Made by a program: the position numbers and the translations under genes. From Octopus sinensis (Eukaryota), in NCBI RefSeq assembly GCF_006345805.1, contig NC_043001.1, forward strand, positions 6,014,001 to 6,078,000: DNA of 64,000 bases, read 5' to 3'. Shown piece by piece: positions 40,729-55,209 of this stretch; the first letter of the stretch is position 1, and each line of letters begins with the position of its first letter. The notes under the pieces were generated by a model, which worked only from the letters and a program-made list of their open reading frames with translations, was not told the DNA's origin and ran no database searches.

Positions 40729-41709
40729 CTTATATGCATATGGACGAAGAAATATGTCTATACGTGTATGTATGTATTTATAAACGTATATATTTCGATA
40801 GATGAAACAATAAATAAATGTTAACAATTACAAGGGCCCGTATGTTAAGCACATATGAAGTGTCAATCGTTTCATGTATAAAGAAATGATTGACTCTGAA
40901 AGCGCCGAGCTTTCATGTACAGCGTCATGGGAACTCGGAAAATGATTACATCCGCGCGCACATGCACATCAATATTTATACACACACATATATATTTATA
41001 TTATTCATAATGCTGTACTGAAAGTATTTGTTTTATTTTACATTTGAAGTTTATAATTCAGAACCAATTAAGAGATGACTATTCTTTTTCACAGTTTTAG
41101 AGTTTCATTTATACCCAGGAGTATTGTGTCTCGTATTCTTCCTAAGATTGTTCGGATCTATTTTTCGCTTGTACACAATTTTTTTTTGTGTTATAGGTTT
41201 TATTGCCCCAACAGTTTATTTTATTTTTTGTGTGTACAAGTTATGCACAAATATAATTCAGTGGAGTACTTTTGACTCCGGTGCCTTCACTTGGGAAATT
41301 TACCTTAAAATCAGTCCTCAAATACATAATTGATAACTAGATATAAATGCCTAGATATGTATACAATCACACACAGACACAATCAAACAAACGCACGCAC
41401 ACACACATACATATACATGTTCTTTTGGGTTATAGATATGTTTAGAATTATGTATGTATGTCTATATGTGCGTCAGTGTGAGTGTGCGTGTGTGTGTGGA
41501 TGACCCAACGTGAGTTATTGTTTCATATACTTTACTTTTCTAGTGGTGTACTAAATATAGCACAGAAGACATACTCGAGCACCACGTGACCATCACACCT
41601 GAACAGACAAAACACTGTGACGATTGATATTAATGCAATGTGTACAGTAAAAAATACACCAGTGCGCATACATATATGTATATATATGTATACGCACACA
41701 CATACGCAC

Positions 41710-41745
<36 letters not shown>

Positions 41746-41760
41746 CTCTCTCTTTCTCTC

Positions 41761-42148
41761 TTTTTCTTGTTTCACTCATTTGACTGCGGCCATGCTAGAG
41801 CACCGCCATTAGACGAGCAAATCGCTCCCAGGACTTATTCTTTGGAACCTTAGTACTTATTCTATCGGTCTCTATTACCGAACCGCTACGTTACGGGGAC
41901 GTAAACACACCAGAATCTGTTATCAAGCGATGTTGGGGGACAAACACAGACACACAAACACACACATATATACATATACATATATACGATGGGCTTCTTT
42001 CAGTTTCCGTCTACCATATCCACTCACAAGGCTTTGGTTGGTCCGAAGCTATAGTAGAAGAAACCTGGCCAAGGTGCCACGCATTGGGAAGAACTCGGAA
42101 CCATGTGGTTGGTAAGCAAGCTACCTACCACACAATCACTCCTGCGCT
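41761..42148 (-). mobile_element. SINE family S1
   Basis: Full reverse S1 structure. Confidence 0.88.
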
Positions 42149-42158
42149 TATATATACA

Positions 42159-42222
<64 letters not shown>

Positions 42223-42552
42223 GATCGATAAGTATCTGGACTGTTGCCATAGAAACAAAGCTAAAGCATGCAGAGTATATAACAAAATAATGCATTAGAG
42301 ATTTTGCTTCAGAGGAAAAACGGTAGGAACGACCATTTGCAACTCCTGACGCATCTCACGCAACGATCCATCAACTTATGTTTCTGTTTAGGGATTCGTT
42401 ACTGGTGAGTGTTTGAGAGGTTGAAATGCAAGTCCTACATGAGTATACTTTTGTCGACCTTTGAAGCAAACAGTGGAAACGTTGGGCTTATCCTTTGACA
42501 TGTGGTCTCTAACAAAATTAATAGAGAGAGAGAAAGAGAGAGACAGAGCGAC

Positions 42553-42770
<218 letters not shown>

Positions 42771-42792
42771 ATAGAGAGATTCATACATATGT

Positions 42793-43154
42793 ATATACCT
42801 GCATTACAGTAACTTTATCTACTGCATTTACTGTTCTCTGTGTCCTTCCCTGTACATTGGTGAAACGGGACGCCGCTGGGCCAACTGGTTCACAGAGCAT
42901 CTCCGAGACATCCGACTCGGAAATCACAAACTTGGATCGCATCACTTTCGCTTCACCGGTAATTCGCTACAACATCTGACTGTGTTCGAACAGAGTCAGA
43001 TGTTGTAGCGAATTACCGGTGAAGCGAAAGTGATGCGATCCAAGTTTGTGATTTCCGAGTCGGATGTCTCGGAGATGCTCTGTGAACCAGTTGGCCCAGC
43101 GGCGTCCCGTTTCACCAATGTACAGGGAAGGACACAGAGAACAGTAAATGCAGT
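42793..43154 (+). mobile_element. Penelope-like element GIY-YIG endonuclease fragment duplicated as a palindrome
   Basis: YTC..SNFIYCIYCSLCPSLYIGETGRRWANWFTEHLRDIR...HHF matches the PLE GIY-YIG motif with CxxC/H/H; 42821-43154 is a 167-bp-arm palindrome with one mismatch and no spacer. Confidence 0.88.
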
Positions 43155-44221
43155 CCATTACACAAACTATTATACACACTGTTCAACTCAGTACACACAG
43201 ACACTCTATTTCACACAGACCCACACACACTTACACCTTCTCCCTCTACACACATTACCCTCCAGCCCTAACATTTGTCACTCATACAGTAAATCGCACC
43301 TTTATGCGTTCCCTCACAAAACACAATAGTCTCTCCAAAACCCGCACAGAATGCGCATGCACACAACACTCATGAACACAAACAATGTACACGCGCACAC
43401 ACGACGAATAAACACATGAAACATTCGCACAGAAATATACACAAGCACACTTTAGAGTCACACACAAACACAAACTCACTACACTAACATTCACAGATGC
43501 GCACACCACTCCAACAAACATACATCAACTGCTGCACACAAGATTTTGTAAACGCGCACACATACACGATAGCTGCACACATTCTATACACGGTTTCACA
43601 GACATATACACATATCGATGCACTTCCACGCACATACATACACACTCAAATACATAAAACGCTCATCATTCCACAAAACGCACGCACTAGATTACTTACA
43701 GACACACAGGTTTTTCAGACGAAAACAAAGGCCCTCATCATATAATGCTCACCCATACGTACACCCAAATGCGCTCGCCCTGATTCATTCTCAGACACTC
43801 TCATACACACACGCGCTTATGCCGCTGAGTTCAGCCGGGTCAAAGGTATTATCTCCCTTTCACTCAGAGTCTTTCTTCCGGGCATTCCATCATCTTGAAA
43901 CGGTAATACTGGCACAACTTTTTCCTCCAATTTTTTCTCCGTTCTCTCTTCAGATTTTCGCTCTTCGTTCTTTCTCTCGAAGAGCGTAGCATCGTAGCGT
44001 CAAAGACTTTTATTCCATTTTTCCCGAGCTTTAAAGTAATACACCCGCTTGCTACACCTCCCCTCTCTTGGTCTTCTAATTTCTGTGAAATTTAACCACA
44101 CATACATAGACATATACGTGCGTTACATAACATTATATATTGAGTATATGAACACCGCATTAATTTATCGTATCTGTTTCCATTTATATGTATGAAAACG
44201 ATGGTAATACACACACAAACA

Positions 44222-44256
<35 letters not shown>

Positions 44257-44856
44257 TCTCTCTCTCCCTCTTCTGTTGATGATTCGTGTATTCCCAGGAA
44301 CTATCTCTCAAATTAATAACACTTCCTAAAAAAACAAGAATACATAACCAGTTTCAATGTTTATTCGATTTCCAAACATATTCGTCTTATAATTTTAGTA
44401 TTAATAAAAGTCATCAAAAGTGAAGCGAGAAATAAAATGTAATGGGAGAATAAAACTTTACCATAGAATTCTTGGATGGAGTGCAAAATTTCAACTACAG
44501 TCACCCTTCTCTGCATGAATGCGTGATAGATCCGAAGGATAACGTTTAAGGTAAATAGACGGCGGTTCTGCATGCGATAGTAATTCAGAGGCGAAACATA
44601 TAATTATCTTCTACAGACATTCACCAAAACGTTAGGCTTCGAGGATTTGGATTTTGACAAAATATTTCGAAAAAAAAAATCGATTATATCACAATTGTCG
44701 CACACATGGAGAATTGGCTCAATTCCGTCTAAATTCAATCGTATCTGTATGTGCGTGTGTCTATGTATATATATATGCATGTGTTCAGGTATGTATGTAT
44801 TATGCATGTATGCATGTATATATGTATCATCTTTCTATTTGTCTATATATATATAT

Positions 44857-44923
<67 letters not shown>

Positions 44924-44924
44924 T

Positions 44925-45135
44925 AGTTAATCGAAAACAAGAAAACACAAAAAAAAACACAGCAACGCGAGGACGTGGAACAAATAAAGTATTATTGGAC
45001 GCTCAGGAGGGAAGGGAAAGAGGTTTTAACGTTTCGAGCGGAGCTCTTCGTCGGAAACAAAGGAGAAGGAAAGATCCCGAGAAGGGAAGACAGAGGAAAA
45101 AAATTGCTGGCGGTGCTCACGAGGTCACATGTTGA
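44925..45135 (-). mobile_element. Family B HHR element (copy B3)
   Basis: HHR motif at 45023-45058 (-) GTTT-CCGACGA-A-GAGC(TCC)GCTC-GAAA-CG-TT-AAAAC; between (GATA)n and (TA)n. Confidence 0.75.
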
Positions 45136-45157
45136 AGGCAATATATATATATTAATA

Positions 45158-46286
45158 AATATATGTGTATATTGGCAGGGCTTACTGCTAGGGAGTCGGC
45201 CATATGCTAGAAATAGACCATCAACGGTCAAACTACAAGGAAATTCTCTAGAGGAAAAATACAGCGAACACCAGAACCAATTTTGGCGGGCATGACAGAT
45301 GAAAATTTATATAAAAAAGAGAATAAATGCATACCTCGGTTTCAGCCTTAACAAGAGAATTACTTATGAAATCCAAATGTCCGTGCTTCTTCAGTGCGTC
45401 CGTTCATAGTAATGTAAACGGAAAAGCTAACCCCAGCTTTCGTGCCAGTACAGACACGTGTGTAGCTTTACCGATTACACTAGTGATAAAATTTCAAAGT
45501 CTGGCTCTGGCGCGCTAATAATTTCTGAGGCGAAGGGTCTGGTGTTCGCTGTATTTTTCCTCTAGAGAATTTCCTTGTAGTTTGACCGTTGATGGTCTAT
45601 TTCTAGCATATGGCCGACTCCCTAGCAGTAAGCCCTGCCAATATACACATATATTAGAATTTTCTCGACTCCTCAGATTTTTGATGCTGGACTACTGCTT
45701 TTAATTGATATTAAAATTAATATTAATTTATCTCCCTCATTATTTAAATATTGAAATAAATATGTTCTAGTACTAAGCACGAACCGCAGTGAATTATTTA
45801 CTGCAGCCCTTCGCCTCAGAAATTTATTACGCGCCAGAGCCAAACATTTGAATTTTATCACTAGTGTAATCGGTAAGCTACACACGTGTCTGTACTGGCA
45901 CGAAAGCTGGGGTTAGCTTTTCCGTTTACATTACTATGAACGGACGCACTGAAGAAGCACGGACATTTGGATTGCATAAGTAATTCTCTTGTTAAGGCTG
46001 AAACCGAGGTATGCATTTAATTCTGTTTTTTATATAATTTTCATCTGTCATGCCCGCCAAAATTGGTTCTGGTGTTCGCTGTATTTTTCCTCTAGAGAAT
46101 TTCCTTGTAGTTTGACCGTTGATGGTCTATTTCTAGCATATGGCCGACTCCCTAGCAGTAAGCCCTGCCAATATACACATATATTAGAATTTTCCTCTGA
46201 CTCCTCAGATTTTTGTATGCTGGACTACTGGTTTTAAATTGATATTAAAATTAATATTAATTTATCTCCCTCATTATTTAAATATT
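45158..46286 (+). mobile_element. Family E retrozyme-like element (copy E2): 380-bp inverted arm plus 1.4 tandem units of 530 nt
   Basis: 45158-45537 is the reverse complement of 45807-46185; direct repeat 45538-45752 / 46068-46286; no coding capacity recognised. Confidence 0.85.
45946..46014 (+). ncRNA. Minimal type-I hammerhead ribozyme (family E); mirror copy at 45329-45397 (-)
   Basis: GCA-CTGAAGA-AGC...GCT-GAAA-C(CGAG)G-TA-TGC. Confidence 0.8.
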
Positions 46287-46287
46287 A

Positions 46288-46322
<35 letters not shown>

Positions 46323-46337
46323 TATCATATATATTAT

Positions 46338-46423
<86 letters not shown>

Positions 46424-46701
46424 TTATATATATATATATTATAATTATATATATATCATATATATATATATATACCTGGTGTAGACCCTTGCCTTCCCAG
46501 ACCCCTGTCCAACCGCCCAACCCATGCTAGCGTGGAAAACATACATAAATCTTGAATTTCAGTACGTTTTATTCTGAATGTTTGTTAATCAAGTTTGAGA
46601 TTTAATTTGTCAGTTCCGGGAACCTGATATCCCAGAAGACTGGATCAAAATCTATCTATTGTCTCTGTCTAGCTGTCAATCAGAATGCACAATATATATA
46701 T

Positions 46702-46741
<40 letters not shown>

Positions 46742-46745
<4 letters not shown>

Positions 46746-47116
46746 GAGCACAGTTCGATTTGTTTTTTGCTCTGCCTCTGTTCTGTTTTTGTTTTTCCAA
46801 CGGATTTCCTTTTTTTTTCTTCCTGAAGAGAAAGACACAATATGGTCCCATTATTCAATCGGATTTTGGTAATTTGTGCCTTTCGAAACACGTGTAGAAT
46901 GAAATAAAACGATTTCTGTTCAATCTGCGTTCACTCCATCTCATTCTATCAATTCACCAATAAAGTTTTAATTTCAATTATCCGCACCAACGCACGGTTG
47001 CAACGCCAGATGTTGTACCTCCAACCGTGCTGTTCACTGCTGTGATTTTTGCTACTAAGGTATCGGTTAAACTTTTGATTAATCTCTACAAGATTATTCA
47101 TCTTTCTATTTCACAT
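46742..47116 (+). mobile_element. Family D HHR element (copy D3, no fold-back); HHR at 46815-46904
   Basis: Near-identical to 39500-39869; intact CTGAAGA (46823) and GAAACACGTGTA (46885); (TA)n on both sides. Confidence 0.88.
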
Positions 47117-47216
<100 letters not shown>

Positions 47217-47320
47217 TATATATATATATATATATATCTTTATATATATATATATATATATATTTTAAATATAGATATACATATACATATATATAATATA
47301 CATACATATATATATACATA

Positions 47321-47353
<33 letters not shown>

Positions 47354-48460
47354 TATATATATATATATAATATACATATGTATTATATATATGAGGATAA
47401 TTTTATAACTTCATCAAACCGAAAGGCAATTTCGTTAAAACTGAAGAACACAAATGAATATAGGACTGCAGCCGGAAGTGTTCAGGTGTTTTCCAATGGC
47501 GAAAGTACAAATATATTGGAAGGTATAATAAATAAACATTTCAATCGGTCAAAAAAACTTTATATCATTCCCAAATTGTTTTGACCGATTGGAGTGTTCA
47601 TGCATAATATATTCTATTTATTCCTCCTGATCTGAAAAGCTAAGTGGCCGTGGCGCATGTTTCCATCCCGTTGTAGAGAGACGATGCACCTTCGAACATT
47701 TATGCTTTATAAGTGCGAAACCGATGGGAACTCTATGACTGGCCATAACATTTAACTTCATAAAAAAGCACATTATTGGCCTAATGTTGTAGAGTGTGAT
47801 CTTATGCATATCAACATTTCAAATTTCTTATTTATACTGGAATAAATAAAGATGAAAGAAAGATGTGTCTCTTCACATATAGTATATGGCCAACCGATAT
47901 TATCATATATTTTAAATATACAACGCAGCAAACATCATTCAATGATTTTAAATATTAGAAAGTACAGCACTCAGTGAAAGGCGTAAATACACAACTTCTA
48001 TGATATCAACGCGCATAGAAAGAGGAAGTATGTCAGATGACACAGTATTGGTATCAACATTACTTACTTTTTATGTAATGCATGAAGGTGTCAGGAATTG
48101 GTACAGCATTGTTCATATTTATGTTCCTCAAGTAATTTTCTTCAACCGTCTGCGAGACAGAGCAAGCTGTAAATCATTATTCAAATTAAAGTAAGTGAAA
48201 CGGGTCTGTATACTAAAATATGGGTGGTTGGAACATTTTTGTAGCCTTCCTATTTATGGTAAATAAGTGCAGTGTCTCAAGATGAATCCTAAAATAATCG
48301 ATAGAATTCATTGCTTTCTACAAATGAAGACTGCAATAGGCGAAAAGTGCTTATGTAAAAGCATTACATATATGTATGTGTGCGTGTATGTTTATGTATG
48401 CTTGTATGTATATCCGTATACACACACACACACACATACACATATACAGATATGCAGCTA

Positions 48461-48504
<44 letters not shown>

Positions 48505-49095
48505 AAGACTATGTAGATACATTCCTACACACAAACACACACACGCACACATATATAGTTTCATATACATAGTATAAATAATCCTTTCTCACTTTCTCAT
48601 TTAGTTGTACTGAAATTCTTGACTGTTTTTTTTTCTTCCTCACTATTCACTTCTACATCAAATTTTCGGTGACATTTTTAGTGCTACTTCGGTTAAAAGT
48701 AGTTGAAGTGTACTCTACTGAGTACATGTGAATTGCAACTCTCTCTCTCTCTCTCGCTCTCTCTGTCTTTCTCTTTCTCTCTCTCTCTCACACACACACA
48801 AAAGCATAAGCACTTAGACACAAATTTATATCTAAATACATATATACACAGAGAGATGCACACATATGTATGTAATTATATAAGTGTAAGTGTTGGCATA
48901 TATATATATATATATCATTGGAATGTACCCCAGCGTATTCCGTTTGTTATGATCTACTGCCACATTGTATTATTTGTTCCTTTCTTACGGGAAGAAATGG
49001 TACACTAGGAGTAAACTACATTTCTTTATAAATATGATTTCCGGTCATTTTCTGATGAATAACACTGCAGTTTACGTCTTTTCGTTCAAGAGATT

Positions 49096-50232
49096 AGGCT
49101 CAAAATGTAAAAAGACTTTCTCACTTCCCGAGCATGAAACTAATACATGTTTGTTGTTTACACACCCGTCTTCGTCTTTTACTTCTTTTTTGTAAATTTT
49201 TACTATATATATATATAGAGAGAGACAGACTTAAAGTAGAACCATGTGCTTGGGAAGCAAACTTCTCAAGCGCACAGTCATTCTTGCACCTATTATGTGT
49301 GTGTGTGTGTCTCTCACTTTGTTTCAATGGCAGCGGTTCATCAAGAAGAAATCTATTAAATAAATGCCAGATTGGAATACGCACTAAAATTACTATGATC
49401 AATTACATTTTTGAAGGTGACACCCCATCTTGTCGACAGCCGAAGGACTAAACCCAATACAATAATGCTTAAAATCTTAATGGCTCCAAATTTAAGGTAA
49501 TGGATTACTAAGCACAAGATAATGAGATCAAAACTTCGTATTGAATTTCCACCGTATACGATAACACTGTATGAAGTCTAATTGACTTCCAATTCTAAGC
49601 TAATAATTGTAACTTGAAGTTCAATGGTTAGCAGTAAGAAAAATGTCCAGACTTCTAAAACAATTATTGTGCAAAATATTCTGAGAAAGAGTATTTTTGC
49701 CTCACAAAAAAAAAACACACACACAAATACACGTGTCAGTGGTAACTTCAAATACCAGCCAAATCTCTGTTAAAACATACCCTTTCATCAAAGGAAAGAC
49801 GCAGATTTCCAGTATTTGAGGAAGAAATACAAAACTATGCAATGGTTTTGCTAGATCCGAGTCAACTCTGGGCTAAACAAAACATAAAGAAGCACAATTC
49901 ACATTAAATTGATAATCTACTAAACATTACTTGTACATCCGATGGTATATCTTCGAAGTTGCATTCCTTGTTAGAAGTCCATATTTTTAAGATTGTTCAG
50001 GTACAGTTGCCTCCCATACCGAAGAACGTCGAAATTCTGTGACTCGAGCGCGTTTTTGAGGTTATTCTTGTATTAAAAATGGAGTCGATGTGCAAAAAAC
50101 ATGTTTTATTTGGTAGGTGAAAGGTTACTAAATCTTTTGATGCCCCATACGTCAAAATCGACAACTCTTGTTTTCGAATCCATAAGTAACATAAGCACGC
50201 ATAAGTGAGAAAGTCTTTTACATTTTGAGCCT
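49096..50232. mobile_element. Non-autonomous TIR DNA element, about 30-bp TIRs, TA at both ends
   Basis: TTAGGCTCAAAATGTAAAAAGACTTTCTCACTT (49094-49126) vs its complement at 50203-50234 (1-nt indel); no transposase recognised inside. Confidence 0.55.
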
Positions 50233-50273
50233 AACACACACGCACAACATATTAACACTGTTTTATTGTATAA

Positions 50274-50310
<37 letters not shown>

Positions 50311-50371
50311 GTGAATATGTATATTTATATGTGTATATATAAATGAATATAAATATATATATATTATATAT

Positions 50372-50415
<44 letters not shown>

Positions 50416-50761
50416 TGTATATATTTATATGTATGTGCGTACATATGTGTGCATGTGTACGCATATATGTTTGTGTAGGTCGGTGCTTGCATAATTCTAT
50501 TCATAGGTGAATGTCCGGGTAACAAAATCTGTTAAGTGGTGTGTAAGAAATATTTCGCGAAAGAAGCGTTCTTATTTTAAAGGGCAAATTGAAATATTAT
50601 CGGAAAGAACGAGCTGCTGTGTTTAAAGAATATATATCTTGTGTAACGTCATTTTATGCGTTGAAATATATTTTGAAACGATAAACATGTGTACAGCAAG
50701 ACATTTAAGTAATTAAAAAGACGGATTCCTGTTTACAAGGACGGGATATACAGCATAAATT

Positions 50762-51030
50762 ATGATGAAAATGAAGATGCTGTTGCTACTGATGCTGCTG
50801 CTCCTGATGCTGATGATGTTGAAGGTGAAGATGGCGATGATGATGATGACGATGATGGTGATGAGCATGATGATGAAGGTGAGGATGATGTTGATGGTAA
50901 TGTAGATGATGAATGATAGATGTGATGCTGAGGAGTTATGATGATGATGATTGTGATGATAAAGATGATGACGATGATGATTATTATCACCATGGGTATG
51001 ATGAAGATGGTGATGACAACGATGACAGTA
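50762..51030. repeat. Degenerate (GAT)n trinucleotide tract
   Basis: Directly visible. Confidence 0.85.
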
Positions 51031-51329
51031 AGACTATACGTGACTGTATTCATGTTTAAAACTCCGGTGTAAGTAGCGGTAGTGTTTCTTGGAGATGAAG
51101 GTAATAAATATGGTGGCGGGAAAACAAGATGGCGATTATGGTGTCGATGGTAATGATATTGCCAAAGATATCTTCTCATTAAAGCTGCACTTTATTGCAT
51201 ACAACATTGAGTTTGAAGAGCTTCAAAATAGGAAAATTGGTGCTCAATTCAATGTTTCAGTGAAAATTGCCAACACATTACCTATGAATATGTGTGTGTG
51301 CGTGTGCATGTGTGTACGTGTGCGTTTGG

Positions 51330-51412
<83 letters not shown>

Positions 51413-52144
51413 GCGTGTTTGTGTGTTTGTGTGTGTATATATTGTTACGTATGTAAAACTTACATATGTATATATATGTATATATATACACACACATATA
51501 TGTATATGTATATATTTGATTCTATGTGTACATACGCATTATATGTGTACGTATATGTATGTATATTTTTTATCTTAACTCGTTTTCGTTTTACTTGTTA
51601 ACGCAATATTAGGTTGAATTTCTCGCTCAATATTATTGCCCAACAGCAAAATTTCCTGTTTTTTTCTTCGTTATTTTACAGCAAGCCAATATCAAATTCT
51701 ATACTAGTGCACAGTGAGACACTCGATGTTTTCGTTCAATTCATTTCCATTTTACCAGAAAAATAACAAAACTAAAGTAAACAGAATAAAAATTGACACT
51801 ATAAAAAATACCATTAATAATGGCAAGGGCAACTACCTTCGCAAATAGGCGGTTTTTTTCCCTCGAATTTTACAGTAAACATATTTACCCTGCAAAAGAA
51901 AACCGATTTTCTGGTTTTTTGAAATGTAAGATTTTTTGTTTTATTTTACAGACGTAACTGACGTCTCTCCTTCTCTATGTCTTTCTTTTTCTCTCTTATT
52001 GTGTCACACTCTCCGTATGAATATATGCATCTATATAGACATACATATGTGTGTTTCACACACATACATATACACTCATAATATATGTGTTTCTGTGTAC
52101 ACACGTAAATTTTACATATACATATATATGTATATAAATATATA

Positions 52145-52178
<34 letters not shown>

Positions 52179-53169
52179 TGAGTGTGTGTAAATATATATA
52201 CATATACACACAAACATATATGCTTACGTATATATACATGTATCTATACATATATGTATATGTATCTAAATGTGTGTGTATATATAGAAGTATGCATGTA
52301 TATATGTGAGTGTACGTCTGTTCGTAAGTATACACACATTCATTCACACATACATATTTGCATGTATATATATACATACATAATATCTGCGTGTATATAT
52401 ACATACATACATACACACACACTCACATATGTAAATGCATTCATTCATGTAACACTATGTTGTACAGAAGCAGGGAAAAAAATAATCCGTAAACTGTGAA
52501 TATTTGGGGTGTAAAATTGGTATGAGCTGCAACTATTAAACTTTCTCTAACATCCATCATAGCAGAACAGTTATAATCGAATTCCAAGTCAAAATAAATA
52601 TCGTTTAACGTATTTGCTGCCGAATTCGACCTCATCAGTTGGAAAATTTTCAGATCCTATTCGCTTCTATTACAACGGTATTATTCACTACGATATTTTC
52701 ATAACTCTCAATGTTTTTTTTTATATAATTATTTTCCTACTTAACGGATTCCTTTTCCTTCTTTTTGCTTGTTATGTGAACCTGAAATGCTATGCCAGAG
52801 TGCATAGTCTTCTATTAAACCAAGGAATACTCTAAATAAAATTGCCGTAGCTATAAATGAAGCAGCCTCAACTTATTGTCTCGTTTGTTTGGAATATGAT
52901 TATGTGTACCTGTTTGTAGGGGCATTATTTTCAACATTATCAGTATTGGTATTCTGAATAGTGTTGAAGGATTTACTGTTGATTAAAACTTCAAAATTTT
53001 AATAAATAATGCAGAAATATAATGTAAAGTGGAGCGGTAGGTGTTTGGCAGTGACGATGGGAATAAACTGAAATCTTTGTAACAGTTCATACACAGTCCA
53101 AGAAAGAATTTAATTACCATGAGAACACTCACTCTTAGATATTGGTATGAGAAGAGCAGTTTCGGTTGG

Positions 53170-53332
53170 GGTAGTGAAGTCGATTACATCGGCCACAATG
53201 TTTAACTCGTAGTTATTTTATCTCACGAAATTTTGCAATACAAAATTCGCATCGGCAGCATTTGAACTCGAAAAGACGAAATGACGAAAATGTTTTTGCC
53301 CGGCGTTATTTGCGATTTGGTCAGTTCACCAC
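53170..53332 (-). mobile_element. SINE family S3 (old, degenerate)
   Basis: GTCGATTACATC...ATTTGAACTC...TTTGCCCGGCG motifs in S3 order. Confidence 0.55.
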
Positions 53333-54385
53333 TTTACTATTTTCAAGTTTATAACGGGTAGAAGGCTACAAGCTGGTACAGTTGTTGGTACGCCATGCAA
53401 AATATTTTGCAATTTCTTATCAGCCTGTACCGTCTGAGTTCAAAATCTGTGAAGTTGATTTTTCTACCCACATTTTCGGTGTCCATTCAATAAGTATAAT
53501 TTGAGTGCTTTGGACAATGTAACGGAAATACATTCTTTACGACATTGCTGGCTTTGTGCCAAACTTTGAAACCAATATAAAGTACATAGAACTTAGATAA
53601 CAACGAAACAATAAAAATCGCTTTCGTCATGTCTTATGTGGACGAAAACGAAATTATATTTCGTGAATTATTTGCTTCCCTCAATGCCTATAACGGACAG
53701 AGCTGCGAAATTTGTATAATATTTGTCATGGAATTTCATGATTTGTCCAAGACATTAAGGAGAATATTTTTGGAAAGATCTTTTCTAGAAATATTTAACA
53801 GCAGATAAAGAAGTGCCGCGACTGTTTTGTAACCGTTTCTTTGCAGTAGATTTCTGTTGATGTTTTCAGATTCTAATCCTAGATAGAAATGTTTCCCTCT
53901 ACATCATCAGGATTGTTATTTCTCAAAATAAAATACTTTGAGAATCGCTTCATCGTTACCCTAGAGCACACAAAAAAAATGAAGAAAAATAATTCTCTAT
54001 TTTGTATTTTTATTATATGGATTGCCGTCAATTGGTTGAAATTGAAATATTTCCGCCATAAGCGATATTATTACAAACACTTGAATCTTGTTAAAATCCC
54101 GCTCAGCATTAACATTTACACTAATGCGCAATAATAGATAACATTACTTTGCTACAAAATATCCTTATAAACAGCAAACAAGAACTGTCAGTTGGTGTAC
54201 GAGATCGAAGGAAACAGGAAAAGAAAAATACTTCTACACAAACCCGCACATACACACACACACGTAAGGATTTAGCAACAAAATGAGAGAGTAATTTAAA
54301 GCAATATTTAGTCGTTCGTAAAAGAAAAATATACGGAGAAAGAATGAATTCCTTACAATATCATCATCATAATCATCATCATAAA

Positions 54386-54441
<56 letters not shown>

Positions 54442-54499
54442 ATTTCTTATTATATTCATTGTAACTCAGGTCTTGCTGTAACTCATGGGTATTTGCATG

Positions 54500-54800
54500 C
54501 GTAGCGGTACCATGCTATCTGTTCTTTGAACTATCCAATAGTTTCCTTATTGTTCCGGTCATGGCAATATGTTGAAAAAAACAGTCGCACTGGGAACTTT
54601 ATCCTGATCTTGTTTGTATTTCTTTCGATGTCTTCTGATACAATCCCCAAGGACCCATCAATGAGTGGCCCTATCTTCACATTCTTCACTTGTCATAGCC
54701 GCGCTATTTCGTACTTCAGAATATTGTGTATATATCTTTTCTGAATATTCGTGGGTTAAACAGGCATGCAAAATCTCCTATATAGAACATGTGCTGCACC
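54500..54800 (-). mobile_element. R4/Dong-type non-LTR 3' fragment (REL endonuclease C-terminus)
   Basis: KYEIARL*QVKNVKIGPLIDGSLGIVS...MTGTIRKL; adjacent to (CAT)n at 54361-54440. Confidence 0.6.
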
Positions 54801-55209
54801 ATTTCCACCACCACTAGGTGCGGTTAGTTATGTTCTAGCATTTGATCTATTTTAATTGGGAAATCCTAGAAGATTTACCAGGTCTCCGGCTCACTGGAAA
54901 TTGATGTTGATTGAATTGAAAAGGGACATCGTTTCCTGACTCTATTATGCAAAGGAAGTTTTTGTGCGCTTACTATCTAATCGAAGCATCCCCTTTCGAA
55001 TTTCTGCCTGAGTAAGTGGGACGGAGGCTGTTGTGCGCATGTCATCAAATTTATTCCTTCTTTTTTTCTGGTGTCTGTAAAAGTCGCCGCTGATGCCTTG
55101 TGACGGTACTTCGACTATGTCGGCTCAATGTGCATACACACATGTATACATATACTCTGACACTCACGCACACACACATCACACACATACCAACACATAC
55201 ACACACATA

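Noticed and set aside
46176-46215. Antisense CTGAGGA...GAAA in the E2 unit, suggesting an ambisense (viroid-like) second ribozyme
   Set aside because: The 7 nt between the core halves cannot form stem II, and stems I and III do not pair
47542-47591. 13-bp perfect stem with 24-nt loop followed by GAAA on the minus strand
   Set aside because: No CUGANGA upstream and no second copy; insufficient to call an HHR or terminator
50760-51179. 139-aa His/Ile/Ser-rich ORF
   Set aside because: Translation of a degenerate (GAT)n tract
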